From Eledone cirrhosa (taxonomy: Eukaryota): a stretch of 64,000 nt of DNA. The stretch covers positions 142,786,001-142,850,000 of the forward strand of contig OZ024741.1 of the NCBI GenBank assembly GCA_964016885.1, written 5' to 3'. The position numbers and the translations under genes are program-made. Each line of letters starts with the position of its first letter. Positions within the stretch are counted from its first letter, which is position 1. Under the pieces are notes generated by a model that made no database searches, had not been told where the DNA came from, and saw only the letters and a program-made list of their open reading frames with translations. Shown piece by piece: positions 31,412-52,690 of the stretch.

Positions 31412-32789
31412 ATATATATATATATATATATATATACTGAGTCTGTTGCTTCTGACAGGACCCAGTGTTTGCAGTAGTAGTAGTGCTATATCTGAGGCAA
31501 GCCCTTCTTGCCGAGTTTCAATGTTCTCCCAGTGCTGCCAATGCCAATAGCATCTGGAGTGCGTATATACAGTATAACAGGGTGACTGAGTCACTTGAAA
31601 TCAAGAGTCCAATTAATAGACCAGGGTATTGTTGTTTTTCCAATCCTTTTCCAAACCATAAGTATAAAAAGTAGTGATTCTTTTCTTTGGCTTCATCAGG
31701 AGGAAGGGCTGTTCTCATGGCTATTTTTTTTAGGAGCTCTGAAACTCACAGAAGAAAGGAAAGAAGTTATCCTCAGACAAAAGACCTCTCCCCATACATC
31801 AAATGCAACAGAATGAACTTCACTGAAGACATCCAACAATAACATGAAGGTGCTGTTTAACCCTTTAGCATTTAAACTGGCTGCACCCAGCCACAATTCT
31901 CTCACTTCTTTCTGTTCAAACTGGCTGTAACAGGCCAATCATACTGATGTTAAGGTATTGTTCTCAAAATAATGTCAAAATCTCAGATTTGATAGCATGT
32001 GAGATAATTAAGCCTTTACAGTGAAAATACCTTTCCATATTTCTTATGAAAAATACACTACCTATGATTTTCAATTAATTTTGAAAATAATCATGAACTT
32101 GGCAGGATTTAGTAATACAACATTCTCATTATTAAGTGGATGTTTGAAATGAAGATTCTAAAATTATTTAGAATAATGGTTAATTTGGGGGACGGGAAAA
32201 GTTGATTAAAACAACGCCAGTACATTCCTGGTACTTTATGTTATCGACCCCATAAGGATGAAAGGCAAGCTAACCACGGTGGGATTTGAACTCAGACCGT
32301 ACTCTCAAGACCTGAGAGTACGTGAATTATTGACGAACATAAGAATTTTAGAGTACAAAGAGCATCATGGAGAACAGCCAACCATAGAACATTTCTTAAA
32401 AAAACGTCTCATCCAACACATGTCAGCATGAAAAAACAAATGTAAAACCATTAATAGATTCATGCACACACACAAGAGAAAGCTTTTGACAGAATATCAT
32501 GGCTGTAGTCTGGTGGCTGCTGAGAAAAATAGAAGATAATTGGCTTGTGAGAGCAGTGCATGCCATGTACAAGGTGAGAGTTAGTAATAAAACCAGTGAG
32601 GAGTTTAGCATACAAGTAGATATCTATCAAGGCATCATCTCATCCACCCCCACCTGTTTATTTTAGTTTTCTAGGCTTCTTAGAAGTAGTTTCTCTAGGC
32701 AATAAGAAGACTCAGAAGTGTTTTTTTTTTGCTCACTTCAAGCAAGTGAATAAAGCTACTACAATGCAAGGAGTTACTGAGAAAGGAAA

Positions 32790-33230
32790 GGGACAGACAA
32801 AGCATAATTTAAGGAGAGAGACAATGGTGATTGATGTTGCTTTTGAATTTTTTCAAATTGTAGTGGTCAGGAAAGCAAGAAGATGGAATAGAATTACATA
32901 GGAAAGATGTGTGAGCGAAGAAACTATCAGAATAGAATTTGCAATTACATTTAGGAACTTTAACTGTAAATGGATGAGACCTAGTCACCAATCTGGTGCT
33001 CCGTTTAAACTTGTGAAGATGAGGCAACAAAGAGGAAAGCTCATCAAAATAATTCTTAAGAAAATATTCATAAAAATGGAGAGGGGAAAAAACTTAATAC
33101 AGACGTGGTACATATGGAGTCAGACAGCTTAGTAAAGAAAGTCCAAGTGGAAAGAAGCTGTGGAAGGGGAAGACCATGGTAATGGACAGAAGTCAAGGCT
33201 GATCTCAGGATGACCGAACCTCACAAAAGA
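32790..33230 (-). mobile_element. CR1/Jockey-group LINE 3' fragment
   Basis: SHPFTV...SFFAHTSFLCNSIPSSCFPDHYNLKKFKSNINHH C-terminal motif. Confidence 0.7.
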
Positions 33231-33359
33231 GATACGGGGGGGGGGGGGCAAAATTGGTAGTATTTTGTACTGGAAGGAGACACATCCAAACTATATAAGC
33301 AATAAAAAACAGGTGTAAAATGATAAACGGTTATATCATGCAGCTATTAATTAATACCT

Positions 33360-33720
33360 TGAGCAGTGACTTGGCAGTACTTGCTGAGCATTGGACAAAA
33401 TGTTTTGCAGTATTTAGTTATGGCCCTTTATGTTCTAAGTTCAAATTCCACCGAGGTTAGCTTTGCCTTTCATCCTTCTAGGGTCGATAAAATAAAGTAG
33501 CAGTTAAGCACTGAGGTCTATTGACTTTCCTCTTTCCCAACTTAATAAAGATTTCAATTTTGATACAAGGCCAGCAATTTACAGAAAGCGAAGAGTTGAT
33601 AATGTCAACCTCAGTACTTAACTGGTACTAGTATTTTATTGACCCTAAAAGGATGAATAGCAAAGTTGATCTCAGCTGGATTTGAAACTGGAACATAGAG
33701 AGCTGTAGCAAAATAGTGCT
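33360..33720. mobile_element. Two SINE family A copies tail-to-tail
   Basis: gcctttcatcc..gggtcgataaaataaag on + then its reverse complement on -. Confidence 0.65.
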
Positions 33721-34210
33721 ATGTATTTCACTCGATACTTGTTTGATATCATTTTACATGCATCATACTGAGTGGTTATCCAATCTATTGCACAAACTGG
33801 CATCTCAAGTGCAGTACCACCTTAATGCAGAAAACTGCACTGCTAGCAAAGTGGCTGTCTTATGTAAGTGTGTGCATTTTCTGCTTATAAATATATATAT
33901 ATATATATACACACACACAAAGACATACACATGTATGTATACATATGCATTAGTAATGCAAACGACCCTAACACAAATGATCAGATCAAAATGCAATGCA
34001 TCAGAAACTGCAGTGAATTATAAAAATGCATGTACAACACACATAATCCATTTAAATCTTTCCAAGACATGGTACAGAAAGGAGCAAGAGAAGAGTATGT
34101 GTGTGTGTATTTGTGGTATTACATTGTACATATGTGTATATGGATGTATATCAAAACAAACTGATGTTTTAAATTGAAGTTCTCAATACACACACACACA
34201 CACATACATA

Positions 34211-34884
34211 CATGATGGCTGCCCCCTCGTTATCGAGTATGGCCATTGCACGAGGAGAAAAAAAAATATATATATATATATATACACACACACATACATA
34301 TACACACACACATTAATAACAATAATAACAACAACAACAACAACAAACATACATACATATATACACACACACAAACATATCTATACACACACACGATAGC
34401 AACTAACAGTGCTGCGATCGAATGTGGCTTTTTAGCCCAGCCAATGATCTAAAATGTCTTGCACAGAGTCGGCAACCAAAACATTCACTGGGAATAGTCG
34501 GCTGTGGTTGGAGTTCATGTACTTTTGCATGTCGCTTGAGCCCTCCTGCTGATTTACATTCTCTACCACATGTTTGGCAAGCATGATGAGTAGCATCTCC
34601 AACAGCAGCCTGGTAGTCAACCACTGGTCTTACTTTATGACTGCGAAGATGACTTTCGAGTCCAGCTTTGCTTAGGCAGAGTCTCGCACAGACGCTGCAT
34701 GTCAGCACCATAGGAGGAGCCTCGCCGTCTGGAAGTGCAACAGCAATGCCCTTCCTCACATCCCGCTTTACTTTCTCGTATGCAATTCGAGATGCCTCAA
34801 AGGCAACTTTTACCTCATATACAGTCTTTCTCCATTTATTACGATCAGCAGCAATATTTTCCCATGTATCAGCAGAGATGTTAG

Positions 34885-34885
<1 letters not shown>
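34211..34885 (-). mobile_element. RTE (BovB-like) LINE 3' end with three C2H2 zinc fingers; 3' UTR interrupted by microsatellite
   Basis: WENIAADRNKWR followed by CSVC..HLRSH, CQTC..HAKVH, CRLC..HIRSQH; tail-like ggccatactcgataacgagggg..ccatcatg at 34211-34255. Confidence 0.8.
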
Positions 34886-34956
<71 letters not shown>

Positions 34957-34982
34957 CAAAAGATGGTTAAAAGAGTTCCATG

Positions 34983-35053
34983 TATTTTATTATGCGCATT
35001 TCAAAAACAAATATCATCATGCAATAACATTTGTGTTTTCATCAGATAAAATA
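34983..35053 (-). ncRNA. Type I hammerhead ribozyme (family H1) in a terminal repeat copy (34953-35160)
   Basis: Reverse complement reads tattttat-CTGATGA-helix II-GAAA-tgcgca-TA-ataaaata. Confidence 0.8.
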
Positions 35054-35821
35054 GGAAGACATGATATGAAGGTTAAAAAACACTTGTGAATAGTGCAGTT
35101 TTAAATCAACATATGAAAAGTAGTTTTAGATTGATGTGTGATATTGGGAAAACATTTTTGAGGGGGGGCGGGAGGTTGGAAAGGATGAAAAAGAGGAGGA
35201 GATAAATAAAACTCACCTCCTACATATATATATATTAATTTTATTGATTTTTTAGTTAATCTTATTGACTGATGAATAGCTCTTGTTAATTTTAACACGT
35301 CTGTTGAGAACTCTAATTCGATATGTGATATCTTGTATTTTTACAAAAATATACACTTTACTGAATTCATTCGCCTAATATGGGGTTCCCTCCCTTGCTG
35401 GACTCCATGTGCGTTTAGTAACGGGTTGGGTGTCTCTATATTTCTGAACGAAATGCCTGTTGAGAAAGCAGCTTCCTCGTTCATCTCTTTACCAGAAGTC
35501 AGATATAATTTTTATGTGGGCCGACGGTAATTGATTAAGGAACTGCAGAAACCCATAAAGCTAGATTTTAACATCTTTCTAGCGGGTCCGGTTAAGATTT
35601 TACATTCATTTAATTTATTAATTTATTATTTGTGTGACCCGAATTTTCCTGGTCGTTTTTTCAGCTGTGCGAATGATTTTAAGCATTGTCTCTATGTGTT
35701 GGTATTTAAACGATAGTTATAGCTCTGGTTTACCCAAACTATTGAGCCCTCTGCCACACATTTCGAAGATTGTGTTTCGTGATTTCGTGGGCCGAGATTC
35801 CGATTCTCGATTATTTATTTG

Positions 35822-35855
<34 letters not shown>

Positions 35856-35879
35856 TATATACACACAACCGTAGAGCAA

Positions 35880-35956
35880 ATATATATTAAAATAACAGAT
35901 TAAAGTTTAAGCAAAAAATCTTTGCTTAAACTTTAATCTGTTATTTTAATATATAT
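35880..35956. repeat. Perfect inverted repeat (36-bp arms, 5-nt loop) in TA-rich context
   Basis: atatatattaaaataacagattaaagtttaagcaaa / tttgcttaaactttaatctgttattttaatatatat. Confidence 0.85.
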
Positions 35957-37363
35957 ATATACATATGTATGCATATATATATATGCATACATATATATAC
36001 ACATGCATACATACATATAGCAATCTATCTATACATACATATATCATGAGAAAACCTGAAACTTTTCAGTAAGAGGCTTAATCAAAGTTATTGCCATACT
36101 GATCATCCTATTCAGTTCATATGAAACACAGTAGCCTTATAATACCACTCGGTGACCAGTCAGATACACACCTCACCAACCATAACCAGCCAGCAAAGGA
36201 AGATTCTATGAGGTTACTAACTATAACAAATACTTGCCAAGCTTCTCTCCAGTCACATCCAACTATATTAACACCCTTTTCATATCAAACATCCTGGTTC
36301 TACAATAAAAGGTGTGTTTTAAAGTGTTTATATTTATAAAAAAATCTTCCAATGTAATTTTATGTAAGAACCTTTGTTAGGTTATATTCCAAACACCAAC
36401 TTGATAATGGTTTCTGATTTAGGCACAAGACCAACGATTTGTGGGACAGGGAAAGTCAGTTATATCAACCCAAGTATTTTACCGGTACTTTGAACTCAGA
36501 ATATAAAGAGCTGGAACAAATAACAGAATGGCATTTTATCCGATACCCAACCAATTCTGCCAATTCAACACTTTTACCAGCATAATGAGAATGTTTACTA
36601 GAATATTACTAAATACCTCCAGTTTCTTGATTATAATCAAATAATTATTTGTGACTATATTTAAGGATTACATTATAGCTTAAGCTGTGGGACTACCTTT
36701 CAACAGCCCTCAATATTTAGGGATTCATGAGGCTGAAGGTGTAGGATTACCTTTCAACAGCTCTCAATCAGAGAAGGTGATGCTGCATAGCCTAATGGTT
36801 AGGGTATTGCACTTACAATCATAAGGTTTTCATTCTTAGACTAGGCAGCCTGTTGTGTGAAGCTACACACTTCATTTCATGTTTGCTCCAGTCCACTTAG
36901 CTGAAGGATTGAGCAGCAACAGCTTGGAGAGTTAACCCTGAAATGAATTGGCATTCCGACAGTGAGAAGGTCATGTATTTGCAGTTGCTTAACACCAATG
37001 AAACTGGAATAAGCTCCAGCCATAGGAGCCACTGGGCTTGGGACTGACTTAAAATCTTTCAGTACAAGGAAGCTATGAAAAGATTCAACAGAAACTTTCA
37101 GCTGCCCTTTTTTACTTTTTAAAAACAACTTTGGTTTCTTTTGCTTCCTGTTAGACTGCTATTGTTTTTATGTCTGCGTCTGTCTGATAAGACAGGATAA
37201 GACCAGAAAGAAAAGGAGACAGAGAACAGAAAGCTGTTGAGAAGGTAACAGAATTTGTAATGTAAGAGCTTTGACAAAAATAACCAATAACTAATAATAA
37301 AGCTGAAGTGAAAGTCAACTAATGAGTGTGTTTTTATTGGCAAAATGACCATCCCCAAATATA

Positions 37364-37579
37364 ACAACCCTTTAATGTTCAAACCAGCCAGAATTCTCTA
37401 CCTCTTTTTGTTGAAACTGGCTGTAACTGGTTGCTCAAACTGATGTTATGGTATTGTTCTCAAAATAAATACTTTCAAAATCTCAGATTCGATATTATAT
37501 GAGATAATTATGTGAGGTAAAGCCTTTACCATGAAAATATAATAGTATATATAGAGTAATGTGAATGCTAAAGGGTTAA
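37364..37579. mobile_element. MITE with CCCTTTAGCATT-type TIRs and TTAA flank (piggyBac-like); partial copy at 31857-32045
   Basis: ccctttaatgttc ... gaatgctaaaggg-ttaa; ttaa-ccctttagcatt at 31857; shared internal sequence. Confidence 0.6.
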
Positions 37580-37991
37580 GCCAAAATATTTACATTCATT
37601 TAGTAGCTAAATGGTGCTATTGTATGCCATCTATTCAATATTTTCTCTACTTCCAAAGATTGTCCCCTGATAACAAAAATAGTTGTCTTAATTTATTGAG
37701 ATAATATTCAAGAAACTGCAGTTGGGGACCTTATTTAAGTGAAGCAGATTTACTTTAGTTTGTCTAGCTCAGTGATTCCCAAAGTGAATTCAGTGAAAAA
37801 AGGTAGAGGAGTATATCTATATTACGACCATATAATAGTATTAGACTTTGGGGTTCCTCCAAAAGTTTCTGAACCAAAAAGGGTTCCGCATTTGAAAAAG
37901 TTTGGGAAACCCTGGTCTAGCTTATATTTCCTCACAAACATGTATATACTGAAATATTTAAAAGATTTGTCATCGGAACGATAAAACCAAC

Positions 37992-38117
37992 CCTGTTTTA
38001 TAGTGTGCGTCACACGAGGATGTTTGAAGATATATTTAATAGATTTATGTCGTAGATGTTTTAAAATATCTTCGACGCCAGAAAACGAAGGAGTCCTAGT
38101 ATAACCAGTTGCAAAAA
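37992..38117 (-). CDS. Candidate 126-bp internal exon (phase 1-1) of an unidentified gene
   Basis: Acceptor ttctaacAG, only one open frame (FATGYTRTPSFSGVEDILKHLRHKSIKYIFKHPRVTHTIKQ), donor G|GTTGGT; sequence not seen elsewhere in the window. Confidence 0.3.
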
Positions 38118-38962
38118 CTGTTAGAATTAACATTAAATTAAATACAAGATTTTTTTAAAAACCAATACGGGTGTGCATGTGTGATGGTCATGGCTGGAAC
38201 GCCGATCAGACGTCTGCTCAAACAGAGCTGTCCTGGGGTTAAACAACAATACACACTAAATTTGTCCATATGCTTAGCTTTAAGTCAACCTTGATTTGGG
38301 TAGCTGCAAGGCGTTCCAGTCATGACCATCCAGTCCATATTTTTCTCAGTTTATCTGAAGCTACGTTGTTAAATGTGATCTTTTATTTATAATATAGGAA
38401 GGTGTTATATAGTAGCAAATTTGTGTTTTAATAAATTTATAGATTACCCCACTCAATTTCAGTGGGAAAGAATGTTTTTCTCGTTTATTTTTCGTGTGCT
38501 ATCAACTAATCTAACATTAAAGTTGATGGCAATCGACTTTTTTCCTCGGACATCGGAGAGGGTGTAGTGCCCCCTCCTCTCCTCGGAGTTTTCTCTACAA
38601 TTTTTCCCCCACGTGTTATCAACGACTAGGACCTCCAAACCACTTGGAAACGACTAGATTTGTAGAAAGTAGAGCGAAATGGGGCGAAAAGACCACTGGT
38701 GTTTTGCAGATCTACACACATCTCGCATTTGGCGGGAAATAATTATCTTTCCTTGTTTTTTTCTGAACCTCTTAGATGCTTGCAATCGACTGTTTTCCCG
38801 GAAAACGGAAACCTTAACACCTCCCCCCTGGTGAGGGAGGTTGCAAAGCATCTAAGAAGTAAAAAAATATATATATATATTTTGCACCAAGCGCGCGTGT
38901 ATAAATAAATAAATATATATATATATAATATAAAATCAAAAGATGGTTAAAAGAGTTCCATG

Positions 38963-39033
38963 TATTTTATTATGCGCATTTCAAAAACAAATATCATCAT
39001 GGCATGATATTTGCGTTCTCATCAGATAAAATA
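38963..39033 (-). ncRNA. Type I hammerhead ribozyme (family H1), left arm
   Basis: tcatcag 39019-39025; exact reverse complement of 39134-39204. Confidence 0.85.
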
Positions 39034-39133
39034 GGGAGACACGATATGAAGCTTAAAAAACACTTGCGAGCAGTGAAGTGTCAAATCAACACTTCACTGC
39101 TCGCAAGTGTTTAAGCTTCATATCGTGTCTCCC

Positions 39134-39204
39134 TATTTTATCTGATGAGAACGCAAATATCATGCCATGATGATATTTGTTTTTGAAATGCGCATAATAA
39201 AATA
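39134..39204 (+). ncRNA. Type I hammerhead ribozyme (family H1), right arm
   Basis: tattttat-CTGATGA(39142-39148)-helix II caaatatcat/atgatatttg-GAAA(39185-39188)-tgcgca-TA-ataaaata. Confidence 0.85.
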
Positions 39205-39944
39205 CATGGAACTCTTTTAACCATCTTTTGATTTTATATTATTTATACTCCAGTCCTATAAACTGTTGAGTGCTACTTATCCGATATTTGCATTGCTTTA
39301 TTGTGCTACAATAAAACTCACTTCCTACATATATATATATATAATATATATACACACATACATGACGTATTATGATTGATTACTGTTGTGAATAGTTGCC
39401 TGGTTTACAGACTTAGAAGATGATAAGGCTTCAAGAATGTTCCATTTTCTTGAGAGACAGCAGATTAGGTAGGTTTTTTTTTTTTTGTGGGGGGGGGGGT
39501 TAGAATTAAATGACATTAAATGAAATAGTGAGATAAGTGGTGGGATTACAGACGCACACACCGCCATGACACAAAAAAGTGAGATATATTAGATACGGGA
39601 GAATCGGAAAGAGAGATTACAAATGTGACATTTTTGGAATGTCAAAAGTGTGTATGTAACGGATTTTGATGACGAAATCCAGTGATTATTAAATTTAGTG
39701 TTAAATGTTAGTGTCTTACGAAAGTAATCAGAAAATGTAAAAGAGAAGGAAATTGCTCTACATACAACTTAACACTAGATAAAATAACATATATAAAATC
39801 AAAACGAAAGAAAATATTAATTCAACACTGTCGAAACAAAAATGAAAGAGCATACAAGGAAACCGTTTAGTTAGTGATGGAGGCTTAACATGATAAACGA
39901 AAGAAAGTGAAGTTTCACTTGTACGTATACATCATTAAAAACCA

Positions 39945-40368
39945 GGGGCGAATTAAGATCTTAAAAGAGTATTGTGGCTTCCCATTCAATTTATAAAATC
40001 TGAAGCAATAAATAAATAAATAAATAAATGAAAATGTGAAAGGCTCAAACGCAGAAAATAACAGTCAATCACTATAAATAATGGCTGAGAAAATTGGATT
40101 TATTCACACAGAGATAGGAAAAAGTACACCGAGGAGACAAACCCCATCTCTCTCGAATACTGTGCAACTGTCCACGTTTTTCTGTCATTTATTTTCCTAA
40201 CTATTATTTATAGTGATCGACTTTGTTATTTTCTCCGCTGAAAACACTCATATTTTCAAATTTCTAACTCTCCCAGCACTTCGCTAATTTTTATAAATTG
40301 AATGAAATTACTGTACTTCCCTTGATGCCTCGAGCATTTGGTCTTTGCTTAATAGTTAATTCAGCCCC
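39945..40368. mobile_element. Old MITE-like fold-back element
   Basis: ggggcgaattaa/ttaattcagcccc ends; internal cattcaatttataaaa/ttttataaattgaatg and agaaaataacagtcaatcactataaataat/attatttatagtgatcgactttgttattttct. Confidence 0.65.
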
Positions 40369-41569
40369 GTTAAGAACATAGAAACACAAAAATTGTTAGG
40401 CTACACGGTCTCAGAGAAAGCTACCAGACTTATAGAACATGAATTGTTATGTTTGGTCAATTCCTGAGTTAGACATTTCAGTAGGTAATTTTTTCCCCTC
40501 TCTTTTTTCGTGTGCTATCATCTAATCTGACCTCCAACAAGCTCGCAATTGATTTGTTTGGGGTTCAATATGATAGGCTGTTTCAATCATACATTTACTT
40601 ATTACTGGTTCATATCATTTGCATGTCAACAATGTGATTTCCTCCAACTTTTCATACATTTGTATATATTGATACATTACGAAACACACACACAAACAGA
40701 AAAAAAACATCCAGAATGGTATTTCTGTTAGTAGTGAAAAAAAAAAAACGATGCAAAATAACTTTTACGAAGGAGTACATATGGTTGTCGGCCTGCTAGA
40801 AATAGCAGTCAAACCCCGTCTTCAATCACTTTAACTTTCATTAAAAAGAACACTCGAAAGTATAGCCACATATTTTCATAATCACATACATACATACATA
40901 TAATATGATCCTGCTGTTTCACTAAATTCGTGCATGTCATCATACACTTAAATATTTACAAATTTAGATAGATACACAACACACTTAGAGACCAAAGAAT
41001 CCATATTTGATAAACACGAATCGGAAAACTTGTATTGTGTAATTGAAATGCGCGCGTATTCTACCCCACCTTTTCTTCTCTCCCTTATTCCCTTTTTTTT
41101 TTTTTCCGTGTTTTTTGTACTCTACATTTGTAGACACATTTCTATGAAATAGAATATATATTATATTTTGTTCCTGTTTTTGACACTACAAAGTGAACGT
41201 TAGTAAAATGAAATGCCACACAAGTAATTACTTCAAACGGTTTGGTAAATTAATTAATTAAAACTTTTTTAAACAAACAGAAGATCAAAAGCCAAAGTCA
41301 ACTCCAGACAGTGGAAGCAGCGAACTTGATATTCCTGTGACGTTAATGTTGCATACGACCATAATGAAGTTATCAGAGAGGGGGGGGGGTGTACTCCTCA
41401 CATACACGAAGAGATTCAAACACGTAATGCAGCTCAAGCCACCAACCTCCTCTCACACGCACATATGTTTTATGGCAGAAATTGTATCAAATTCAAGTAA
41501 AGACAAGTCACGAGTGTTTAAATATATAAAAGCGATACACACCAATACATATATGTATGTATGTGTGTG

Positions 41570-49890
<8,321 letters not shown>

Positions 49891-50754
49891 ATAGTAAATT
49901 TATAAAACACCCCCATTCGATTTCAGAGGGGAAAAAAAAAAAATTTCCCTCGTTTTTTCGTGTGCTATCGTGTTTTATAAGTGTGTATATATATACATAC
50001 ATACACACACAAACAAGTACACACACATATTTCACCTATTCTCGGGTCCCAAATAATAGAGGGGATCGGTATTTTTCTAGGTTATCTCCGTTGATATTTT
50101 TTAAAACCAGAATTAGTCGTTTAGTTTACATATTGAGACCCCCAACCCATCCTATTTTATAACGTAAGATTTCTAGTAATGTACTTTTTTGATCATGTAT
50201 AAGGTTTTTTTTTCATGTACACGAATACCACGAGGAAAGTCAGAGATAAAAGGCACACTTTACTTTATAGAGAACTGTTTACGGAATATGTTTACAACAA
50301 AGCAGCACGATCCCCATTACCCACCTGCTATAACGAGAAGACTTCGTGAAGGTTTGCGGGGTCGGAGAAACATAACATGTAATAAATAGTGATTTCAAAA
50401 AATAAGGGAATCAAAGATTTCATATATAAGGAGATTCGTCTAGAATTTCCCCATTAAGGAGAAAGTAAGTGCCATAATTTAACAAACTATATTTAAACAA
50501 AATACAATATATACCAGTTTTATAAATAAACATTGACGTACCCTTTCAAAATGCGACCGTTACTTTTGGAAGACATCAGGATATCCTGATGTCTTCTTGT
50601 ATTTTGTCTGATGAAGGCATACCATAATTTAACTTGGTATCCTTTAAATATGTATAATGAAATAAATATGGTTTTATAAATATAGTTTCCATTTGTTAAT
50701 ATCGAATATCTACTCCAAATACTTGTTGTATCCCAACAATTTAATTAGAACTTT

Positions 50755-50792
<38 letters not shown>

Positions 50793-50799
<7 letters not shown>

Positions 50800-50890
50800 A
50801 GATCAAAAGATGGTTAAAGGAGTTCCATGTATTTATTTATGCGCATTTCAAAAACAAACATCATCATGCAATAATATTTGTGTTTTCATC

Positions 50891-50894
<4 letters not shown>
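50793..50894 (-). mobile_element. Truncated H1 ribozyme repeat in (TA)n; helix I lost
   Basis: tcatcag 50886-50892 and tgcgca-tttc retained; nearly identical to 3745-3845; (TA)n both sides. Confidence 0.75.
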
Positions 50895-50925
<31 letters not shown>

Positions 50926-51589
50926 ATATATTCATACATAACGTGACAGACTATGTAGTTTTTAAGTACAGTTATTCAAGGTTTTTAATATTTTGTGATC
51001 ATTTACTTTCGATATTGTACATCTACATATATTTTGTTTACGAAATATGTATTTGTATATCTGCTTAAGAATTGTACCCAAAAAGAGACCTTGTTAAAAC
51101 AAAATTCTAAAAAAGTCCACGTAACTTAAAAACAAATTACAAACATACACCGTTCTACTTACTTTTATGTTATTAATAGATATATATATAATTATATCAA
51201 AGTCCAGGGACTGGAGGATTTTATCAATAAAAATTTGAGAAGAGTACGTTGTAAATATCGGAGTATATATATATGTGTGTGTGTGTATGAGTGAAAAATT
51301 CCACTCACTGTAATTCCTCGTTTTCTGATAAACTCTGATATTGTATGTCTCCTCTTCAAGTTCTTCACTTTAACAATGATGGCTTAACCGACTGCGTATA
51401 AACCTACGTGTGTGTTTATTATACGTTATTATTTTAGGATGTATTTGTGTACGTGTCTATGTTTTCCTAAATGTCTAGCATATGACACATTATATATGTA
51501 TGTGTGTGTGTATTACGCTATTTATAAAATTAGCATTCATATATACATATGTATGTTTTCCAACGTTAAGTACCATGCAACTTTACCAA

Positions 51590-51810
51590 CTGTCACCACC
51601 ACCACCACTATCGCTTCACTGTCGCCGCCATCACCACCAATACTATCACTTCACTGTCGCCGCCATCACCAACACTATCACTTCACTGTCGTCATCACCA
51701 CCACCAACACTATCACTTCACTGTCGCTGCCATCACCACTATAACTGCCACTGCCACCATCATCACCACTATAACTGCCACCACCACTTTCGCTGGCATC
51801 ACTATTAACA
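51590..51810. repeat. CAC/CAT-rich minisatellite (cactatcacttcactgtcgcc units)
   Basis: Direct inspection. Confidence 0.8.
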
Positions 51811-52421
51811 TCACGGTTTCTATTCGCCTACTTAGTCTTTCTTCTGTCACTGATGATAACGAACAGTAGTAGTAAGTTATTCAGTAAGTTATTGTTTAAG
51901 TTCTAAAATTCAGTACTCGATCAAGCAGACGTATGATCAAAGGTGTTCCAGCCTTCATCATACTTTCTTTTTGGGAGTATCTAGAACTAACTACATTGTT
52001 CAACGTGCCCTTCCTTTTTTAAGACGGAGTGGAGGAAGACTTTGCTGCTATTTTTAACATGTCGAGCTAACATGTAACGTATGCTTTGTTGGTTAGTAGT
52101 AGTAGTTGTTGTTGAACCCTACGTCAGCCTTGATCGAACAGTCCGATGACCAAAAGCCTTCCAGCTTTGGCCAAGGGCCTTCTTTGTAGGGATATCTATG
52201 GCTACATTGTTCAATCTGCGTTCCTTTTCCCCCCACGCTTTGGTGTGAATTGAAGGAGATACTGGTTGCTATTTCTAACAGGTCAAGCAATAACGTGAGG
52301 GCTCTCTTTGGTTAGTAGTAGTAGTAGTAGTAGTAGTAGTAGCAGCAGCAGCAGCAGCAGCAGTAGCAGCAGCAGTAGTAGTAGTAGGTTAAGCAACAAC
52401 GTGCGGGCTCTCTTTGGTTAA

Positions 52422-52457
<36 letters not shown>

Positions 52458-52479
52458 CAGTAGTAGTAGTATTGTAATT

Positions 52480-52690
52480 AAATATGAGCTAAGGGAAATA
52501 ACTCAAGTACACCAATGGCATGAATTTAAATAGATTAGTTTCTGATACAAATCATTTTTTTGCCAGCTGAGTGGACTGGAGCAATATGAAATGCATTCTC
52601 TTGCTCAAGGACACAACGCATCGCTGGAAATCGAACACATGACATTACGATCGTGAGCTGAACACCCTAACCACTAAGAAACGCGCTTTC
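52480..52690 (-). mobile_element. SINE family B copy (head and centre)
   Basis: Reverse complement has cttagtggttagggtg..gtgttcgatt..ccttgagcaag..gctccagtccactcagctgg. Confidence 0.7.

Larger units (their letters stand above)
38925..39242. mobile_element. 318-bp near-perfect palindrome of two head-to-head H1 ribozyme repeats
   Basis: Arms ~155 bp, 7-nt loop 39082-39088, one 3-nt indel. Confidence 0.9.

Noticed and set aside
31625-31710. Minus-strand CTGATGA...GAAA
   Set aside because: No convincing helix I/III or UH site
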